A stretch of 64,000 nt of DNA from positions 9,805 through 73,804 of the forward strand of contig NZ_CALKZP010000028.1 of assembly GCF_938002845.1 (NCBI RefSeq), in the 5' to 3' direction. This stretch comes from an uncultured Campylobacter sp. (GTDB taxonomy: Bacteria > Campylobacterota > Campylobacteria > Campylobacterales > Campylobacteraceae). The position numbers were made by a program, and so were the translations under genes. Below the pieces are notes generated by a model. The model had not been told where the DNA came from and did not search any database. It saw only the letters and a program-made list of their open reading frames with translations. Positions 57,799-64,000 of this stretch are shown piece by piece. Position 1 is the stretch's first letter; each line of letters begins with the position of its first letter.

Positions 57799-58866
57799 TT
57801 GAAAAATCGCTATCCGACCCGCCAAATCTCCGTCGGCTCCGTCAAAATCGGCGGCGGCGCGCCCATCTCCGTGCAGTCGATGAGCTTTTCTAAAACGAAG
57901 GACGTGGAGGGCACGCTAGAGCAGATAAACCGCCTGTATTTCGCGGGCTGCGACATCGTGCGCTGCGCCGTGCTCGATAAGGCGGACGCGGATGCGCTCG
58001 CACAGATCAAAAAAAGCTCGCCGCTTCCCATCGTAGCGGACATCCATTTTAATTTTCGCTTGGCGTTGCAGGTCGCGGAGTTTGTCGATGCCATCCGCAT
58101 CAATCCCGGCAATATCGGCGGCAAGGAGCGTATTAAAGAGGTCGTGCGCGCATGTAAAGCTCGCAGCCTACCTATCCGCATCGGCGTAAATTTGGGCTCA
58201 CTCGAGGAGCAGTTCGAGCAAAAGTACGGCCGCAGCGTGGAGGCGATGGTACAAAGCGCGCTGTATAACGCCGCGCTGCTGCAGGATGAGGACTTTAGCG
58301 ACATCGCGATCTCGCTTAAGACCTCCGACGCGCCGAGCACGGTGGCTGCGTATCGCGCGCTGCGCCCGCTGTGCGAGTATCCTTTTCATCTGGGCGTGAC
58401 TGAGGCGGGGACGAAATTTCACGCGAGCATCAAGAGCGCGATCGCGCTTGGTACGCTTCTAATGGAGGGGATCGGCGATACGATGCGCGTGAGTATCACG
58501 GGCGAGCTTGAGGAGGAGATCCGCGTCGCGCGTGCGATCCTGCAGGACGCGGGCGTGCAAAAAAGCGGCGTCAATATCATTTCGTGCCCTACCTGCGGGC
58601 GTTTGCAAAGCGATCTGCTAAGCGCGATCAAAATTGTCGAAGAAAAAACCGCGCATATCAAAACGCCGCTAAATATCAGCGTCATGGGCTGCGTCGTAAA
58701 TGCGATCGGCGAGGCGAAGGGCGCGGACGTGGCGATCGCGTTCGGCAACGGGCGCGGCATCGTGATGCGCCACGGCGAGGTGGTCGCTAAACTCGATGAG
58801 AGCAAGCTTGTGGAGCGGTTTTTGCAAGAGGTCGAGGACGAGGTGCGGGCTCGCGAAGGAGCGTGA
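57799..58866 (+). CDS. ispG: 4-hydroxy-3-methylbut-2-en-1-yl diphosphate synthase
   Basis: TTG start. [25 protein letters not shown] and SCPTCGR...[10 protein letters not shown] Fe-S motifs are present. Confidence 0.9.
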   Translation: MKNRYPTRQISVGSVKIGGGAPISVQSMSFSKTKDVEGTLEQINRLYFAGCDIVRCAVLDKADADALAQIKKSSPLPIVADIHFNFRLALQVAEFVDAIRINPGNIGGKERIKEVVRACKARSLPIRIGVNLGSLEEQFEQKYGRSVEAMVQSALYNAALLQDEDFSDIAISLKTSDAPSTVAAYRALRPLCEYPFHLGVTEAGTKFHASIKSAIALGTLLMEGIGDTMRVSITGELEEEIRVARAILQDAGVQKSGVNIISCPTCGRLQSDLLSAIKIVEEKTAHIKTPLNISVMGCVVNAIGEAKGADVAIAFGNGRGIVMRHGEVVAKLDESKLVERFLQEVEDEVRAREGA

Positions 58867-58989
58867 GAGCTGCGGAGCGTCTAGCCGGTTAAAGCGGTTA
58901 AAAGCCGCTACGGCGCGCGGCTCAGCCTCGCGGCTCGGCGTTTCAGCGCGCTGGACTCACTGCGGTTCGTTTAGGCTCATCAATACAGC

Positions 58990-59797
58990 GTGTCTTGGCG
59001 TAAAATTTTAAAATTTAATTCCGAGGCAGCGCTTTTAAATTTGAGTCTTTGGGAATGCGGCTTGGAATTCCGGATTTAAATTTTAACTCTGGAATTTTGT
59101 TTTTAAATTTTGGGTTTGAAATTTTAACTTTGCAATTCGCCGTGAAATTTTATTTTAAAATTTGAGCCTCGCGATTCGGTGCTAAATTTGCGGCGTGAAA
59201 TTTCGATACGTAAAATTTTAAACCATAGAGCTCAGCGGCGTAAAATTTCAAGGCACGGCGCGGGAGTCGGGCCGCATTAAATTTAGCGTGACGGACGCAC
59301 CGTTTGCGAAACAGCGAGCGAGCGTTAAATTTAAATGCCGCGGCATTTGGCTCATTGTTTAAGGCATTTGAAAAATTTCAGATCGCGACGCTCGGTTTAA
59401 GTTTAGAAAGGTTCGCTCGCCGCAGCTCGGGCGCAAAATTTAATGCCCGAGCCGGGGGCGCTAAATTTTAATAGGCGGGCTTAAAATTTTAAAAAATTCT
59501 AAGCCCTAGCGAAATTTCAAGCTCTATGAAATTTCAAAATTTTAAATCCGCCGCGGCAGCCTTTGGGCGCAGCCTTAAATCGCCGCAGTATATGCGGCAT
59601 AAGAGCGTAGCGGCTTAAAATTGCGTGGCTTTTTGAAGCGCGAAATTTTCAAAGCTGCGATAGTTCTAAGGTCTCGCGACGAGCGTTCAAAGCCGCATCG
59701 CTTTTCAAAAGCGCGTACCGGGGCTGTGGATTAAAATTTACGATTTTATAGAGCTTAAAATTTAGACGCGCAAAAGCGCGCGAAACGAGGGGAAGCG
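58990..59797. repeat. ~0.8-kb intergenic AAATTT-box / GC-linker array upstream of dnaB
   Basis: Dozens of boxes, for example gtaaaattttaaaatttaattc, ttttaaatttgag, ggatttaaattttaac, tttttaaattttggg, tgaaattttaac, gtgaaattttattttaaaatttgag, gctaaatttgcgg and gtaaaattttaaacc. No credible ORF. Confidence 0.8.
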
Positions 59798-61891
59798 ATG
59801 GCAACGAAGCAGAATGTGCCTGCAAATTTATACGATCTGGATATGGAGCGCGCGATTTTAAGCTCGCTTTTGCAAAACGAGGACGCATACGGCGAGCTGA
59901 GCGAGATAATCTCGGTCGGCGATTTTTTCTACAAGCCGCACGCCGACATCTACGAGGCGATCGTCAAATGCTCCTCGCACAACGAGCCGATCGCGCCGAG
60001 CTTCGTTAAAAAATGGCTAGCCGAGCGCTACGACGATGGCGCATTTACCGAGGTCGTAGCCACCAGCGGCGTGGTCGATGCCCCAAAATACGCGCTCGAG
60101 CTGCGCGAAAAATCGATCAAGCGCTCACTAATCAAGGTCGCGCACGAGATCCCTTCGATGGTAAACGAAGCCGTGCGCAGCAAAGATACCGCCGATAAGA
60201 TCAGCTCCAAAATTTACGAGCTCATCGACGAGGAGCGTCACGGCGGCATCAAAAAATCGCACGAGATCATCGCCGACGTGGTAGAGGAGCTGAAGCGCCA
60301 AAAGGCGCTCGCAGGCTCGGAGCTCGTGGGGCTGGATACCGGCTTTTGCTTCCTAAACGACTGCACGAAGGGGTTGAAACCGGGTGAGCTCATCATCATC
60401 GCCGCCCGCCCAGGTATGGGCAAGACCGCCTTTGCGCTAAATTTGATGATGAAAACGCTGCAAAGCGGCAAAGGCGTCGTATTTTTCTCGCTCGAGATGC
60501 CCTCCGTGCAGCTGATGTATCGCATACTAAGCGCGCTTAGCTCGATCCCGCTAAGCGACATAATGAGCGCCAAGCTTAGCGACGACGACTGGACGCGCTT
60601 CAACGACGCTTGCGACGCGGTGCTGAATATGCCGCTTTTCGTCTATGACAGCGGCTATGTAAACATCCACCAAGTCCGCACCCAGCTGCGCAAACTCAAA
60701 TCCGCAGACGCCAACATCGAGCTTTGCGTGATCGATTATATCGGACTTATGACGAGCACGAGCAACTACTCCGAGCGCCACCTGCAAATCGCCGAAATTT
60801 CGCGCGGGCTCAAGCTTTTGGCGCGCGAGCTAAACATCCCGATCATCGCGCTGTCGCAGCTAAACCGCTCGCTCGAGGCGCGCTCGAACAAACGCCCGAT
60901 GCTAAGCGATCTACGCGAAAGCGGCGCGATCGAGCAGGACGCCGACATCATACTTTTCGTCTATCGCGACGAGGTTTATAAAGAGCAGATGGAGCGCGAG
61001 CGCATTTCGCGGCTGGAGGCCGAGGGCAAGGACGCGGGCGAGCCCGTGTTTAGGCGTAATGACTATCAGGAAAAGGCCGAAATCATCGTCGGCAAAAACC
61101 GCTCGGGCGAGGCGGGCAGGACGATCGAGGTTGGCTTTCAGGGCAGATTTACCCGCTTTGTCGATACGAGCTTCGGCGGCGAGCCCAGCGAGAGCGCGAT
61201 CTTTAACGAAAATGACAATCTCGACTACGTCTCGCAGCTGCAAGATCAGGGCTTTGAGGAGCCAGTTGGGCAGCATCCCGATACAGTGCAGAATTTGCAA
61301 CAGAATTTAGCGCAAAGCTTTAACGGCGCGGAGAATTTTAACGAAGCGCAAAATAGCGGCGTAAATTTAAATACAAGCTCCGCTAGCGCTCGAAACCCCG
61401 GAGTAAATATCGATTTTGACGAGATGCCTAGCTTTGGCCAAAGCGGTGAGCAGGACAGCGAGGAGATAGACGGCGAGTCTAAGCTTAGCGCAGAGCAGGG
61501 CTTGGCAGAGGTACAGCGCGCGGCACAGAATGCACTGCAAAAACAAGAATTTGAGGAGCAAAATTTAGATGATACGAGAGCGGGCGGTATCGCACCTGAA
61601 ATAGATGCGCATAAAAATTTAGCGGGCACTCCACGAGGCGTAAAAGACACATTGCGGGGCACGAAAGGTGCGCGGCAAGGTGCAGAGGGCGCATCGCAAG
61701 GCGCAGAGAACACGCAGCAAGAGAATGCTGCGTATTTTGAAAACGGCGATGGCGATGAGCCGCCTTTTGAAGCGCAAGAGGACGAGGCGAAATTTAAACC
61801 CGCGCCGCCTTTAAATATCGAAGAGATGGGCATTCCAAAGATCAATGAGGCAAACAGGCTCGATGACGACGACGCGCCGCTGGATCTGTGA
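59798..61891 (+). CDS. dnaB: Replicative DNA helicase DnaB with a ~230-aa acidic low-complexity C-terminal extension
   Basis: DnaB N-domain (DMERAILSSLL), Walker A ARPGMGKTAF, LSQLNRSLE and GKNRSGE motifs. The core ends at about aa 462 (nt ~61184). The remainder is Gln/Asn/Glu/Ala-rich. Confidence 0.9.
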   Translation: MATKQNVPANLYDLDMERAILSSLLQNEDAYGELSEIISVGDFFYKPHADIYEAIVKCSSHNEPIAPSFVKKWLAERYDDGAFTEVVATSGVVDAPKYALELREKSIKRSLIKVAHEIPSMVNEAVRSKDTADKISSKIYELIDEERHGGIKKSHEIIADVVEELKRQKALAGSELVGLDTGFCFLNDCTKGLKPGELIIIAARPGMGKTAFALNLMMKTLQSGKGVVFFSLEMPSVQLMYRILSALSSIPLSDIMSAKLSDDDWTRFNDACDAVLNMPLFVYDSGYVNIHQVRTQLRKLKSADANIELCVIDYIGLMTSTSNYSERHLQIAEISRGLKLLARELNIPIIALSQLNRSLEARSNKRPMLSDLRESGAIEQDADIILFVYRDEVYKEQMERERISRLEAEGKDAGEPVFRRNDYQEKAEIIVGKNRSGEAGRTIEVGFQGRFTRFVDTSFGGEPSESAIFNENDNLDYVSQLQDQGFEEPVGQHPDTVQNLQQNLAQSFNGAENFNEAQNSGVNLNTSSASARNPGVNIDFDEMPSFGQSGEQDSEEIDGESKLSAEQGLAEVQRAAQNALQKQEFEEQNLDDTRAGGIAPEIDAHKNLAGTPRGVKDTLRGTKGARQGAEGASQGAENTQQENAAYFENGDGDEPPFEAQEDEAKFKPAPPLNIEEMGIPKINEANRLDDDDAPLDL

Positions 61892-64000
61892 AATAGCGCT
61901 TAGGCTAGCGCTGATCGTTAGCGTTTTTTGTTTCGCGCTTTACGCGCAGGATTTCAGTGACGCGGGCTTTTGCGCGCTGGCGACGTTTTGGGCTTATGCG
62001 CTATTTCGGGTGCTATTTAGCTTTTTTTACGAGGCGAAGCAGCGCGCCAATGCGGCGCTATTTCGCAGCAGCGGGACTTTGATTAAAATTTTTAGAGGCA
62101 GGCTCATAAGCGGGGTTTTAGCCTTCGCGGGCGCAGTCCTCTTGAGCGTCACTTTGGCGCTAGGCCTAGCGGATCTGCGCGGCGCGGAGCTATTCGTGAC
62201 GCTCGCGGCGCTGCCTGCAGCTCTTGCTCTGATGCGCCTGGCGGTGCTGAAGCTCAGTCTAAAAGAGATTAAAAATCCTAGAATTTTATCGCTCAAACTT
62301 AGCATTTTGCTGCTCGCCGCGCTTGCCGTAGCGGTAAATTTCGCTATAAATTTAGCCTATTTGCAGCTTGCAGACGCTACGGGTTCAGCCGCACACTCTT
62401 TAAATTCCGCGATAAATTTTACTCCGCTTACCCGCACCGTTTCATTCGCCGAAGACTTCGCGAGGAATGACGCTTCCGCACCCGTCGGAAATTTAGCAGC
62501 AGATAATTCCGCTAAGAATTCCGCGGCGAACAACGCCGCCATGGTTGTGCGAAATTCCGAGACTGATAATGCCGTCAAGCCCGCGCCAGGTGCTGCCAAA
62601 AATCCTACCGCTTCGCCCGCAAATTTTAAAGCGGGCTCCGTCAGGGCGGTGCAGGTCTCGGCTGAAAATTCTAAGGCAGATCCCGCCGCTGCGCCGCAAA
62701 TCAACGCTAAAAATTCTACGGCAAGCTCCGCCGCAGCGCAAAATTTAAATTTAGCTCCAACTCCCGCCACGCCGAACGCGTCCGCCGATAATTTGGCTGA
62801 AAAATCCGCGACAAGCTCCGCATCAATCCCTGAAATTTTTGAAATTTTAAAATCTACCGCGCCGCAAGCGCACTTCAGATCCGCTCTGCTAAATGAAATT
62901 TACGCTTTGAAATTTTACAAAAACGCGCTGTTTGATCTGGCGCTGTCGCAGAGCCCTAGCGCGCTAAAAATCGCTCTTTTGTTTCTGATCTGCGCGGGAG
63001 ATTTCCTCTTTTACTGCGCGATTTTGCATCTTTGCGCCTTCGTGCTTTTTATGCCGCGAGCCACGTCCGCGCCCAAAATAGGGCGCTTTAGCGGCACGAT
63101 CTTCGCGCTTGCCTACGTCACGCTGTGTTTGATCTGCGCCGCGCAGACGCGCACGGCAGGCAGCGGCTCGGAGAGTGTGTATCCTAAAAGCACGGTCGAG
63201 ACGGGCGTACAGATCGTGCTGCAAAGCGGCGAACGGCTGATCTTAAGCGCGCGCGAGGCGGATGCGCTAAGAGGCGAGCTAAACGCCACGCGCTTCGCTG
63301 CGGAGGCAAATGCCGCATCCGCGCTAAATAGCTACATCGACGCCGTTTACGACGAGGGCGCGAGGCTTAGCGCACAGAAAATGGCCGATTTCAATTACTC
63401 GTTTCTGAGCGATTATCTGGTGCTGTGGCACGGCGTGTGGGACGATGACGCGGGGGCGTATCTGAATGAGAAATTTGCGGGCTTCGTAAGTGAAAGCTTC
63501 CCGAAAGATTTTGGCGAGAACATCGCTAAAATCGCTGCGGCAAACGTCAAAAATTATGAGAGCTCGCTAAATTTTACGCTCAAAAAATACGGCGCGAAAA
63601 TCGATCTCAATGTCACGCAGAGCTTCAGCCTAAAAAGCAAGGCGTATCGCGCGAGCGGGACGGGGCTAGGGGCGCTGGGCGGCGTGCTGGGCGCAAAGCT
63701 GATAAGCAAGAGCCTCGCTAAAACTGCGGCTAAAACGGGCGCAAAGACTATTACCAAGGCGGGCGCCAGCGCGACTAGCGGTAGTGCGGGGCTCGTGTGC
63801 GGCCCGGGCGCGGTGGTATGCGTGCCTGCGTTTGCCGTGGCTACGTGGTTTGGGCTGGATTTTGCGTTTGCCAAGGGCGACGAGGCGCTCAATCGAGAGG
63901 AGTTTGAAGCTGCGATCGTGCGCGATATGATGGCGGCGAAAGAGGAGCTAAAGCGCGCGCTGGCGGAGGATTTCAACGCGACGATAGATGAAATTTCGAG
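61863..64000 (+). CDS. Large multi-pass membrane protein, function unknown (3' end beyond the window; absent from the ORF track)
   Basis: The frame is open for 712 codons, from ATG 61863 (29 nt overlap with dnaB) to the window end. It has N-terminal TM helices, an Ala/Asn/Ser low-complexity segment at ~62440-62830, further TM helices, then globular-looking sequence. Confidence 0.75.
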   Translation, partial: MTTTRRWICEIALRLALIVSVFCFALYAQDFSDAGFCALATFWAYALFRVLFSFFYEAKQRANAALFRSSGTLIKIFRGRLISGVLAFAGAVLLSVTLALGLADLRGAELFVTLAALPAALALMRLAVLKLSLKEIKNPRILSLKLSILLLAALAVAVNFAINLAYLQLADATGSAAHSLNSAINFTPLTRTVSFAEDFARNDASAPVGNLAADNSAKNSAANNAAMVVRNSETDNAVKPAPGAAKNPTASPANFKAGSVRAVQVSAENSKADPAAAPQINAKNSTASSAAAQNLNLAPTPATPNASADNLAEKSATSSASIPEIFEILKSTAPQAHFRSALLNEIYALKFYKNALFDLALSQSPSALKIALLFLICAGDFLFYCAILHLCAFVLFMPRATSAPKIGRFSGTIFALAYVTLCLICAAQTRTAGSGSESVYPKSTVETGVQIVLQSGERLILSAREADALRGELNATRFAAEANAASALNSYIDAVYDEGARLSAQKMADFNYSFLSDYLVLWHGVWDDDAGAYLNEKFAGFVSESFPKDFGENIAKIAAANVKNYESSLNFTLKKYGAKIDLNVTQSFSLKSKAYRASGTGLGALGGVLGAKLISKSLAKTAAKTGAKTITKAGASATSGSAGLVCGPGAVVCVPAFAVATWFGLDFAFAKGDEALNREEFEAAIVRDMMAAKEELKRALAEDFNATIDEIS

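Noticed and set aside
59725-59733. DnaA-box-like 9-mer (TGTGGATTA, reverse complement TAATCCACA) upstream of dnaB, and the idea that the 0.9-kb repeat field is an origin
   Set aside because: It is a single box with one mismatch. There is no box cluster, no adjacent dnaA and no obvious DNA-unwinding element distinct from the ubiquitous A/T boxes. GC-skew analysis of the whole genome would be needed.

Overview
This window looks like chromosomal DNA from a moderately G+C-rich, non-jejuni Campylobacter. Gene order parallels the C. jejuni blocks pyk-mqo, metK-sstT-pepF-pcrA-truB-(csrA)-ispE-smpB-trx-clpS-clpA-aat, alaS-maf-pbpA and groES-groEL. An ecotin gene suggests the C. rectus/C. showae group, but that is inference from memory, not a search. 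I support about 51 protein-coding genes, most of them housekeeping. One is a >2.1-kb ORF that runs off the 3' end and is absent from the ORF track; two are decayed genes. I found no rRNA, tRNA, CRISPR array, cas gene, transposase, integrase, reverse transcriptase or recognisable defence, toxin or secretion operon. I cannot honestly point to a coherent multi-gene novel system. The most unusual signal is a pervasive repeat family. Short A/T-only palindromic boxes (AAATTT, GAAATTTTAAAATTTC, TAAATTTAAA; all contain RAATTY) alternate with short G+C-rich linkers. They fill almost every long intergenic region in quasi-periodic arrays of up to about 0.9 kb. The same box-plus-linker texture also appears in frame inside otherwise conserved genes: the PepF, HemH and YbaK-like inserts, a roughly 230-aa DnaB tail, a large membrane protein and a secreted basic protein. 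Secondary leads are: two paralogous secreted 8xW-repeat proteins next to decayed small genes and ecotin; two very A+T-rich islets (an ankyrin-repeat membrane protein, and a two-gene membrane cassette upstream of qNOR); a Crp/Fnr-type box positioned for class II activation of qNOR; and repeat DNA in the slot where csrA sits in C. jejuni and H. pylori. All functional calls come from motif recognition by eye and recalled family knowledge. No database search was run.
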